Shown here piece after piece: positions 1-11,800 of a stretch of DNA of 64,000 nt. Positions within the stretch are counted from its first letter, which is position 1, and the number at the start of each line of letters is the position of its first letter. The stretch covers positions 86,752 to 150,751 of the forward strand of contig DF237073.1 of NCBI GenBank assembly GCA_000708835.1. Reading direction: 5' to 3'. Both the position numbers and the translations under genes were made by a program. The notes below the pieces were generated by a model, which searched no databases, was not told the DNA's origin, and worked only from the letters and a program-made list of their open reading frames with translations. The DNA comes from Klebsormidium nitens (Eukaryota; Plantae; Klebsormidiophyceae).

Positions 1-255
1 CGCGTCCGTCACCAGGCCCCTTCGGCGTAAAGGAAGTGTGCACACCACTCTGGTAGTCGCTGTTTTCGGTGTTACGTACCCGTTCCCGCAATCACAGCGG
101 CGCTGCTCCTGCTACCTGTCAGTCGCGGCAAAGCTCTTTCTTCGACGCCCTCTTCAGGCTGCCGGAGCGGACCTTTTTCTTTTCAAATTTCAGCCGCCGC
201 TGAGCTTTCGACACTGCAGCCCTCGACTCCCACTCTAGTTCTTTCATCCCTCCAG

Positions 256-1068
256 GTACGCCCACTTCCTTGCCGACCTGCCCGCCGTCCACCTGGCCAT
301 CTTCTTCCATGACGTCATCTACGACCCGCGGTGCGCGCGCAAGGGCGGCAACGAGGCCGACAGCGCGGCGCTCTTCCTGGAGTTCGCGCGCGAGGCGGGC
401 CTTGCTCAGGAGTTGGTCGACAAAGTGGAGGACTTTATCCTAGCTACCGCGAGTCACCTGGCGGGCGACGCCGCCGGGGACAAGGCCTGGTTCCTGGACT
501 TTGACCTGGCGGTGCTGGGAGCGGAGGAGGGGGCGTACATAAGATACGCGGACAACATTTGGAAGGTGAGAGTCATTTCAGCCCTCCCCATTGTGCGAGT
601 ATGAGTCTGAATGTTGTCGTATGGGGGCGGAGGACTACGCTTAATAGAACGTTCACGCTTCGTTTATGGAATAAAGCGTCCAAGATCGTTCAAGTGCTTC
701 GGTCAGAAGGCTTACTGAAGAAGTCGAATGAAGTCGACGCCTTTTGGCAGAGTCGTACTTGCAATCCACTGAGTTTCCCACAAGACTTCACATCTGGACG
801 TTGTGAGGTTTGCTGATACTCACCGCTCTGGCCGAAAGTGGCGGTGAACAGAAGCCTGAAGGATTTAAGTGGGGCGCTTTTGCAGGAGTACCGGCATGTC
901 CCGGAGGAGCAGTACAGACAAGGGCGGACGGCAGTGTTGCGGTCGTTTCTAGACAGCGGCAATCTTTTCAGGACGGATGCATTGAAAGAGGCTTTGCAGA
1001 ATCAAGCAGAGCGGAATATCACTGCAGAGATCGTGGGTCTAAGGACTACTAACGTCAACTTGACGTGA
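256..1068 (+). CDS. Predicted metal-dependent HD-superfamily phosphohydrolase (COG4339-like), 5'-partial
   Basis: Exons 256-565 and 886-1068 (GT-AG, phase 0). Translation contains HLAIFFHDVIYDP..NEADSAALF, FLDFDLAVLGA..Y..YA..I and EYRHVP...YRQGR..VLRSFL, the motif series of this family. Upstream exon(s) not identified. Confidence 0.85.
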
Positions 1069-2242
1069 GCTGCACTTCGAGTTCCATACAGAGACAAATT
1101 AGCATTTTTCTAATGATGGCTACTTTTCGTAGACCCAAGCTGAAGCTGCCCTGTCGTCAGCAACCCAAAGGAGTACGCATCAGGACTGGCGCACTCTAAT
1201 TATTGTATACGCTTGCCATCCTTGTGCAAGGGCGCTCTCTTCGTCTTGGTTGCTTGAGGTCAATCAATGCAGATGTTCGGGATCAAAAGGCTAGCGTGCT
1301 CCAAGTCAGAAGCATCTTAGCACATCAAAGTATTACGCGTAGCGTTGTTCAGCTCATCGATGAAAATGCGCCGCCCGACCGACAGCACACTATGCTACCC
1401 TGACAACATCTTGGACGTCCAAATGGGCTGGTCAGTCAGACACCTAAACGATCACAATGGTGATGGGCCTGTGCGCATGGATATCCGATGAACGTTACGC
1501 TCTGGAAACCATCGGGACCGTGCAATTGATCGACATCATGGCCTGTAGATTGATGGGCTTGTGGCGGATGCAGATTGGATCCGAGTCATGCGTGTACTAT
1601 GATGCAAAGAGAAAGCTGCAACCGCGCGGTCACTGCCGTTGGTTTTCATAATCAAGCAAGAACAGACTATCTAATTGCATGCGTCGCTTCCAGAGGCCGC
1701 TTATATATGCTCAGTGCGCATGCATAGGCTCTCTTCTGCTACATAATGCGATCCTTTGCATGAGCTGGCAACTGACAACACGAATTCTGCTTCCTGCAAA
1801 GACAACAGAACCTAATCAGCACAAATTGTGGCCGGTACAACGAAGCAAAGCACTTCACATGGAACACGTTGTTTTGGTGACAGGATGATCCCGAATATTC
1901 GAGAAAGCACGTCGAAACTCTTTGATACATTGGTATTGGCGTCTCTGTTTGTAGAGACTGTTCCTTTCTCAGTGCCACGTCAGAATAATGAGATGCAATC
2001 AGAAAGCTTGAAAGGCAAGGCTTCGTATGGGAGGCTCAACCTCTATAGAGGGAAGCGATCAAGTAGTAAGCTGCCAAAGAAGGAATATAAGATCGACCGT
2101 CACCAGAGACGGAAATCAGCTCCGACCAAAAGGCTTTTGATTGGGCTCCCGTTGAATGAGACGTCAACTTCAGCTTTTCAAAGATCATGAAAGACCTTGA
2201 ATGATTCAACAGGACAGGTTACCTGCGTCCAGGGATGCCGTT

Positions 2243-3938
2243 TCAGTGGCATAGCTCTCTGTGGCTTTCTCTCCATGCCCGCCTCTGACAATCTGCAAGT
2301 GAAAATCAAAGTTCGAATGCATCGTTTGCTCTTTTCAGGTGCTATTTCGGTGCAGACGGAGGGGTTTCATTTGTTCGACCTTAGGCGGCACAAGCAGAGA
2401 GTCTTAGTATAGTCGTGATTGATCATGGACGTGAGAATTTCGGACTTCGAATTGTTTACAGATTCAAGTTTGTCTCAAATCAATGGCAGATGGTTAAAAC
2501 TCGATTCAAATAACTTCTTCGATTAGCGTTGCATCCAACAGTCCCAAGTGATCTGAGACCAGCACCGATCACATGCTTACTCGAGCGCTTGCAGAGAATC
2601 TTGAAAGCGTTGCATGAGTTGACGCATTGTGCCAACCCTCTCACCTTTGCTGCAGTAGACGGCGATCCTGCACTTTGAACAAACCTGGAACGTTCCCCCT
2701 TCCGACTCAACGTTGCGACAACTCGCTTCAGAGCACTTTCGACTTTCCAGTCGTGGCCTCAGCAACAAGTTTGAGCACCATGGGTGCCCCTTGGCAGCCT
2801 CTGATGTGTCTCTCAGCCCTGCGGTCTGCTTCTTCTTCGGCTCCTCGACGTACTTGAAGCCGCAGACATCCTCGGACAGCGCTGAGAACATCCTGCGCAG
2901 CTGGACCGCCCTGCGTACTGCAGCCTCGTCAGCTTTGAAGAGGCTGTATATCACGTCCACCGCGGGCGCTTCCGGGTCGTACTCAAACTCTTTCACCTGC
3001 TTCAAGCATCGGAGCACCATGAAGAAGGCTTGACAGCGGATCCACTCTTCTATTTCTCGACCACAGGTAGCCAATGCGAGGAGGGTTGACCAGATGGAAG
3101 GGTATTCTGAGAGAAATTTGTGATCCGGGTCTATGTCAAAGGTCAGAAATAGGATCCTGGCTGCGAGCACTATCTGCTTCTTAGTCTTGGAGTCAGCCAT
3201 GGCGTGCTCCACAAGCTCGTAAAGACTAGTGCTTCTCAAAGCACTCAAATCCGCTCTCGTAGTCTGCACGGCGTTGCTGATGATCAAGAGGGAAGTAAAG
3301 GATGCCTCAATTTCTGCTATTTCAACCTCGTCTCTGATACTGAGAGCAAATTGCAGCACCTCCTTCAGGAATTTAGTATCTTCTGCGAGTCTACCAAGGC
3401 AGCCCTGGGACCAGGGGACGAATGCTCCAAATAATCTCAGCACTGCCATCCTCGTATCCTTCTTGAATCCTGGGGAGCGATGCCCTAAACCGGCTGGATT
3501 TGCAAAAAACAGAGCTCTGAAAACGGTCTCTATGTCTGGAAACTCCCTGAGAATGAAGGCCACGCAGCGGGCATCCCGGGCGAGGAAAGCTAAGCAGTCA
3601 GCATAGATTTTGGCTTTGTTGATCGTGTTCTTTTTCTTTGTTGTGGAGCTGAAAGAAATGTCTTTCTCAGGTGCAGTACATGCCCACTTCCCTGCAGCTA
3701 CTTCTCTCATGCCCAAAGCGATTTCCTTTATAATTCCGTGTTCCAGCGAGTAGGCGACGCGGTTCTTCAAAGCGTGATCGTCGTTCCGGCAGAATAGGAG
3801 GCATTCTCTGAGGCGGTTGATCGCAATCGCCCTTTTATTTGCATCAACGGAAGTTGCTGATTTGAGTATGTCGTTTAACAAGCCGCAGGAGTCCGGCTCC
3901 ATGATTCCTGCGCTTTCCAGGATCCTGGCAAAACGCAT
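2243..3938 (-). CDS. MYND-type zinc finger protein with long helical N-terminal region (~447 aa)
   Basis: Exons 3938-2645 and 2292-2243. The splice (AAAG|GTGAGA ... TTGCAG|AT) completes the finger CSEASC...CSKCRIAVYCSKDCQRRAWRESHRELCH*. The start could be 3938 or ATG 3902. Confidence 0.85.
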
Positions 3939-5398
3939 CTCGCTGGCCTTTTACTTCCTTTGACGATGGTTTTGCTGATGAAGCCATCTTTGACGTCACC
4001 ACCAGGACATGGCTTCTAAGTTGGCTTCCCATTCTGCTTTTGCAACGTCCTTCCGATTTCTGCCGCTCTTCACAAGCCACTTCAAGCTTCCTCCTACAGA
4101 TCTCGCTCTCACTTTTCCTTCACTGCATCGCTTTCACGGGCTTTCGCTGCAGACGCAAGCCTTCTCTACTGCAGACGCAAGCCTTCTTCAAATATGCTTT
4201 TGCAAGTCTAAAGCGAAGCAGCCGTGACGTGAGTAGCTTGTGATGAAACAGAAAATTGCGTTTCGGGCAAGAGTCGAGGATGTTTTTTGATCAGGACTCG
4301 GGTTCCTTGCAGCTGTCAAATCAGAGGGTACCGTTTTGAACAAGAGTCTTAGCTAAGCTTTTTCGGTACCAATACCCACCAATACCTTAACAAATACGCT
4401 TCAGGCACAGTAGTTCCCGCGTACGCGCTTACGTCCCCCTCTATGTGTTGCAACTTCCGATCCGTACAGGCCTAGGTGGCTGATTGACAGGTGTTCCTAT
4501 CCATGATCGACCGTCGGGAAGTTTGAACTTGCTCTGCCTCCGCGCTTCGTCAAGGCATGCACGAGGATGGAGATTTCGAAGCCGCATGAGAGCGAAACTG
4601 CTCAGGCCTGATTGAACGAAGCTGGGCTATGTAGTTAGTTTATGACCGGTTTGAAAAGTCGCTGTCAATGTCGTGTTTGATAGCAACAGGGGACCCATAA
4701 GTCCTTATAAATCTGACCGAGCTAACACGTGCTCTCTCACACCATCTGTCGTATAGCCGTCTCTTGCTTTTGCAAAGGGCACGGGCCACTACAGCAGATA
4801 ACATCTGCCTTATGATGATCGATGTTCAAGCGCTGCAGCTCAAAGTGCTGCGGGCCTCAGTACCTATGACGGAGTCTTTGAAGGTACATGCATAACATGG
4901 CTAGATATCCAATCGACCTCTTGCGTTGCATAAGTAAATATATGCAAGAGGTTGGGATGAGCTCGCCTTATCTGCCAGAACACGATAAAGATGAGTCTCA
5001 TTCAAGTCCGACTAAACCTTCGTTTATTGAATCGCACAAGCGATGCATCTACACATTAGCTGAGCTCTTCAACGTCCGCCTCTCGAGTACCGGCTCACAC
5101 ATCACCTAGCTCAATAATTGCGAAGGCTAGGTCGGCTTGAACCCCATACGATGCACATGTTTTGAGCTATAACTGAGGACATCTTTGTCTTGGCTGATTG
5201 ACGATGACGATGCAATGAACAACTGCAGGCCTGAGGCGTGCTTCAGCCTCAGCAAGTACTGGTATGCTGAACATCCAAAGAGAAGGCCTGTAGCTCGAGC
5301 TCATCAAACACACGGATCAACATTTAGTGCCGTGCGGACGGAATCTATGCAGAACGTGCATGTCAGTAGGAGGGGATTAAAAACTATGCAGTCCTCCT

Positions 5399-7959
5399 TT
5401 AGTCCATTTTGTCAATCTCGGCCATCCGCTCGATAATTGCCTGCATTGAAAAGGGACTCGTCTCAAATCGCCAAAGCAGACGTCAGAAAGAGAGGTTTGA
5501 TCCAAACAAATGCATATCCCTGAAAGGAGCAGAGCTGAACCTCAAAAAACCATGGCCTAAAAACCACTCAAGGCTGCAGGACAATCTACGGAGGACAGCT
5601 GACTGTGAGCCGCTCAACCTGGACATACTTACACATTGACATAGGTATGACAATTCAGCAGATGGGAGCGCCGCTCTCCAAATTGGGAGACCTAAGGCTA
5701 CAAGATCGATACAACAAAAGGGATCAAGGGTGACTGTCACCTTTTTACTTGTTTCTTGCAGCTCGCCCGCCAGAACAAATTCGTCCAGAATCAAATACAC
5801 CTGCAATCGGACAGCAGTCGAGCTTCACAGATCAACTGAGATCGCATCAGCAAGGAGGCAATCCTCATCGCTCAGCGTGAACTCGTTCACCGTTCATTCG
5901 AGACCAACAGAACAACATCTGGAAAATGTTTGTTAAGGCATCGCCAAAGAAATTTGAATACGAGACCCCCCTGGTCTTGTCATCCTCAATGGCCAATATA
6001 CCACCAGAGTACACGATTCGACGTTTGTTGGTCGTCTACGTCACCCTCGCAGCGGACCGCGTGCATTCGCTGTTGGCTTTCGTACCGCGCCCCAACCGAA
6101 AGCATGGCAGATTTTGTGGATAAAGTTGCACGACCTAGAGGGGTCGAGCTTCGTGGTCTCTTTTCCAAGCTGTTCCAGCCTTCATTTCTGCCTCCGTGTA
6201 TGCCTTTTCAGCAGCCACAAGCAGTTTAAAAAGCACGTATTAAGTAGAGCACTCATTAACCTTCTCGCCTGTTGGCTTCCCTCCAATAAACTTTTGTCGT
6301 AAAGCAGTGGACTGTGTGGACCATGCTCGAAGGCAAAGGCCTTCCAGCTTCAGCTTCTCAAGTTCAAGATACGCGAGAAGAACCTTTTCAAGGGCTAAGG
6401 ATCACGAGAGACATCCCAATCAAACGTCCGAATGAGGCAAGGACCAAAAAAGTACAAGAGCTGCAATGCTTTGGTGTACCTTGTGGAAGTTGAAGACAAG
6501 GTCCAGCTCGCAGACGTTGCTGAAGAAGTGGTCCAGAATCTCGACAAACAGATGTATGCTCTCCAGATACGCCAGCTCGTTGTCCGTCACGTCCACGCAC
6601 ATTGAGAAGAACAGGCCCGCATACCGCCGGTAGATCACCTTGTGCGTCCGAAACTGCGTGATGTAGTGCGAAACTCTGTGACAGCACTCAATGCGACGAC
6701 ACAAAACCAAGGACCAACGTGGTCCCCTTCTGCCCTAAGTTGTGAAGAGGGGATGGATGGCCCCTCCACAAGGACTATGGGGTCCTGAACTACAGACTGG
6801 AAACAGCACCAATAGATGATCTCAAGGACTAACACAATGGCAAAGAAATCCAGAAGCTCGTGGTGCCTCTCGCTCTAGTATTTTCCCAGCCAGGATCAGC
6901 GACCATGAAAGAAACCAGGCAAAGGCAACTCCACCATCATCCCCAGAGCATGGGGGGGTGCCAAATGGAAACTGCTAAAGGAAGTCAACCTCAAAACACA
7001 ACCCAAATTCATGTAGGAGGACGCCTTGCACCAGAAGAAGACAATGACATTGGCCGCCCATGCAGTGCCCCAGGACAGTCCTGGAGAGAACAGATTTGAA
7101 ACAGTGTACTTCTGATAATGAAAGATGCTCAGCTAGGGCCGTGCAAGTAAGTGCCCCCTGAAAAAATCTTGACGACTTATGCTCTCCTTCTCAAGAACCT
7201 GCCACTCACCACCATCATAACAAACAACCAGCTGGTGCTGACGCATAAGTTCCCAATGCTTGATCAAAAACAAGGGATAAGGAGACTTGCCTCCAGAAAG
7301 TTGGTGTGCTTTGGGTCCCTGTTTACAACCAGCCTATGAACCTGCAGGTAAACAGAGAATCTCTCAACCTCCATGCCCTTAGCTGCTTCGAAAAGATCAC
7401 CGGAAGATAACCCACTCTTAAATTCAACAGCCATCAACAATTCCTTGTGTGGCGTGCTTGTCAGAGCCCTGGTTCGCGTACAAAGCTTTTGAAGTTCCTG
7501 CAGCGATCGCCCACACTGAATTCCTCATACTTTGCCTTTTGGTTCTGGAGAAGCAGACTTCTTGAAGGCTCGATTCACAAACTGCTTGGCTCCATTGTGA
7601 CAGGAAGCACTTACTTCTTTTTTACAGACAGTGACAGTTGCTGCAAGACACTGACCTCAAACTCCAGCTTGTGCTTCTCCTCGGTCTCCAGGGGCACATA
7701 GTATTTTGCCAGCCTGGTCTTACCCTGGCGGTTCTGAAGTAAAAGGAACCGAATCTGGAAAAAGAACACCGAGTCAACAATCACAGTGCCTCCCTACTTT
7801 CACTTTAGCCCTGGGAAACAATCACATGGCATTTGTTTTGTAATTTAGATGCGTTCAAAGCAAACAAGCAATCAAGATATACAATGAGGGCAATCGTGCA
7901 ATTGATCTGGCAAAGTATTGCAAGAAGGAGGGAGCCATGAAAGGGTCAATCCGCACCAT
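5399..7959 (-). CDS. AP2S: AP-2 adaptor complex sigma subunit (142 aa)
   Basis: Exons: ATG 7959-7957 (tentative), 7754-7656, 7341-7291, 6653-6480, 5800-5741, 5440-5399. Protein is [20 protein letters not shown]...[16 protein letters not shown]...[45 protein letters not shown], very close to plant AP2S. Intron 7290-6654 has a GC donor. Confidence 0.96.
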
Positions 7960-8881
7960 TCTGGCTGCTTCAGCTGCCCCCAAACTCTTTGTTCACCTGC
8001 TATTAGGGTTTGCAACGGCCTCTGTGCTTCTGTAACGGCCTTTGTGCTGCTCTGATGGGGGCCCACACTTTTGCAGACCTACTGATGAGATGGATGGGAG
8101 CCCTCAAATAGCCTGCAGCTCCCTACCGACCCTTGATTGGAGTCCGCCTGTTTTGATCCTTCCCCTGCTGCTGCTCTCGCACTTCTGATCCAGCATATCA
8201 TCCTGCATGAGCTATTACTAAGACTTGTGTGTGTGTGTTAGGACGCTGTGCAAGCGCTGTGCGCGCTGGCTGCGCGCACCTTATTAACAACAAGTTCTCG
8301 CATGAGATATACGGTAGGCAGACTTTGGTAGGATTTATCTAGAAGTCTAGTATGAATTAAAGTATGGTTGAGCTATCGGTTTAATACATGGTTATTCGTG
8401 ACAAAGAGACACCGGTGACCGGAGTACGCGAACCTCCGGTTCCCAACGGTTGGTAATACTGGTAGGTACCTATATGTAAGGATATTAAGTTACTGTCAGT
8501 AACGGCCGGGTCAGTACACCGGGCAACCTTATGATCTACCGAGTCCTAGAATTAAGGTGTTGTTAACTTGCATCAGGATACTTGTAAGTTGTAACCATAC
8601 TAGAATCGTATACTTGAAATAATATATTGCGACAGACCGTGCAAGTTTTTGGACGCCACGCTCACAGTCAGGCTGGCGCTGCAGTGGGCTGCACTGCATT
8701 TGGCGGGAGGGGTGCATCATGCCAATGGCGGATCTTCTCAGACCTGTGTGACGTTGTTGAGCACGGTGATTAGCTTCGAGCTGGCATTGGGTTTTTGCTT
8801 CCTCGAATGCTGAACTGCGCATGGTTGACAAGCAGGTGTACGCGTATCTTATAGGTTGTGTGTGGGAAGCTTCTAGGCACA

Positions 8882-11800
8882 ATGGGGGCTGGCAGAAAGA
8901 CGCAGACCACAACATATGATTCAGCAAATCGCCAAGGGGGCCGGGGCCCTCCTCCGCAGTACAAGAAGCTGGACAAAGATGAGCTGGGAGGGGTCATCTT
9001 TGGGGCGACGAAGGACACCATCAATGAGTGCCTGACAAAAAACATCTTCGGTGAGTTGAACTCTCAGCTTCTAAGGTATTGTCAAGTGTAGCTCTCTCTT
9101 ATGTTTATAGATGGTGAACAGTGGCGTAGTCTGGAAAGGACAGAGGCTTCTAGGCCTGCATCTGTTGCATACGAATGCGCAAGTTTGCTTACAAAAAGGT
9201 GGTGGAGAGGCCAATCAAGTTCGTGTGTCCTTCCATCTGTGTGTTATCTAGGTTCACACCAGACAGAAAATGTTTTGTTGCTTGGGATATTGCAAATCAA
9301 CGGCAGTTGCCTTGGCAATGGTTGAAAGGCATTCTCTTGTTGCACGAAGAAACCCCTGAGTTTTCGATTGACGGAAGTTTTCACCTGCTTCAGTTCTCAA
9401 TTCACCATTTTGACAAGAAAGGGTCCCATAGACAATGGGCTTCCGGGTACTGCACGACCAACGCTTTCTTGAGCTCATTGCTGCTCGGAAACGCCTAGGT
9501 GTTGAGCAGGATTGCCTGCTTGCTTCATAGGAGTTGGATTGTGTGACCAATTGTGAGTTGCTGGTTGCTTGTGCCGCTGGACAAAGCTGAACTTTTAACA
9601 TACCCAATGTCAATAAACCTTTTCAAAGTTGTACAAGCTTCACAATGGGTCGCAAGGTTCTTTGGCAGTCAAGATCAAGGGCTGCTGCATTGAGATACAA
9701 CCCAATTTGCACATGTGTCATGTTATGTGGCTCTTATGCCTTCTGGCGGTGAACAATCTGCTCGTTCAGTGCTGACAAAAATAACCTGATTTGAAGATTG
9801 CTTGATGTAAACCATTTCGAGATTTGTTGGATGTATGTAATACATGCTTGATGTATCAATGGCCGAGGAAATTTGAAGCCCTTGACTGTATTCCAAGCTT
9901 TGGCAGAGCTCCCATGGTCCAGAGGACTTCGGAAGCACGCACCAAGCAGATCTGCAGCGTCAATGTTCGTTCTGTGAGCTCCTCATCTGTACTGGCCTGT
10001 ACTTTCCTCATCATTTCTCACATTTTGTGCCTTTCCCCAGTCTTTTAATCCTTTCCCCATCTTAACAGATTCTTGACCACCTCAGACGCTCTTCTTCTCT
10101 ATCCAGGGCTGCCGTACAACCACATCAGCTATGTCCAGAACATTGTTCCCGGCATGCCCCTCTTCCTCTTCAATTATTCTGACCGCAAGCTGCACGGCAT
10201 CTTTGAGGCCACCTCTGAGGGGGAGCTGCACATCGACCCCAACGCCTGGAGCCGGGATGGCAAGACCGAGACGAGCTATCCTGCGCAGGCGAAGATCTTG
10301 TTCAAACACTGTCTTCTACGAGCTTATTTGACTCCACTTGAGAAATTATTGTTTAGGGCGCCAGGCATGCCAAGGAACTTTGTGTTGACACTTATAATAC
10401 TGGACCGCTTTCCTACTTGCAAGGAGCGAGCTATTGCATGTCGGAAAGTTCATGTTGGTGCCATGAGCAAGTTGATGGATTCAGGATGTCGAAGGTTGAG
10501 TCTCGAGTACCTTAAAAGCGACTTTGTGCTTCTGAAAGTCGAACAATTGAGGATAAGTCGGCACTCGAGCGGTGGGTCCCTCCTCTGCGATCCTCCTGCT
10601 TGCCTGGGGCCTGGGATCCATCATTGGCCCGGTCGTGGGCGGATGTTTGCCCGCCCGCGCGACACGTGGAACCTGGGGGACACGTGTCCTCCTCTCCTCC
10701 GTCGATGCCCATACCTGCTCCCGTGCACATTAGGCAGCGCGGTCTCCTTGTTCGCCAGCACTGACCCTAGCGAATCGGTCTAACTTTGGTTTCACTCCCA
10801 AAGAGCCAAAAGGCCAGCCCACATCTCACTAAAAGACTGATTCTTGAGTCAGGACGACAAAGTAAATCTGCCTCGCAGAAGAAGTTCGCCTTCAACAGAC
10901 AAGGCCCTACTAATTGGGGTCTTAACGAGTTGGGCAAAAGCAAGGGGCGCTTTGTGGTGAATCCCCTGATGATGGTTAAGACTTGTCTCCGGACCAACAC
11001 CTTCTTGTGCCTCCCACTAGAGTTCGTTGCTTTCCATCACTCTTTGTCAGATGCCTACCAAGGTCTTCCCTAATGGTCAAACTGAGTCTACCTTTACGCC
11101 GTGTCTTTCTCCATCAGCGGCGCAATTACACAAAGCAGCAAGCCTGACCAGACACACTGGCCCCACACTCAAGGGCACACAGGAAGTAATGGAACACCCC
11201 ATGTCCTTTGGGCAATCTCTAAGAATCTCTCAATCGTTCAACTTTATCCTTCCAATAGGTGCGCGTGAGGTACCGGGAGAAGTCTCAGCCGCTGCATGAG
11301 GCCGTCTTTGGCCCCGTCATCGAGGAGAACTACTACAGCAACGTGCACTTCATGTTCGAGCTCACGCAGGACCAGGCCGCCACCCTCTGCTCCCTCTTCA
11401 CCGCGCGCAACCCCTCCCGCCCCGCCACCGCGCCCGTCCCCCAGGTTCGGCTAGTTCTTCTCGTCGCTGCTAACGCCATGATTCCCCTAATCTGTTCTCC
11501 ACTTTGGCTCGAGTGTTCTGTCTCGCCTGTGCTTCCGATCTTGAATCGGCTAATATTCGATCTCTCGCGTTTGCCAGGTCTGCAGCGTGGAATCCTGCTT
11601 CATGTGAAAGGTTCCCTCTTGAGTCTCATGGTGTTAAGCAACTTTGACGGCGTCTCGTGGACAATCACAAGCAGCAGGAGGCCGAGGTCTTACCGGTTTT
11701 TCTCCTGTCCTCCGCCTGCAGCAAACCGTTGCCTCCGGCCACGCCGCCGCCTGGGCCGGCGCTTCCGGCCAGGGCGACAGCGCCTGGGGAACCGGGCCCC

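Noticed and set aside
8418-8503. Palindromes ACCGGAG-N9-CTCCGGT and GTTACTG-T-CAGTAAC in the AP2S/DCD-Kelch promoter
   Set aside because: 7-bp arms are expected several times by chance in 64 kb.
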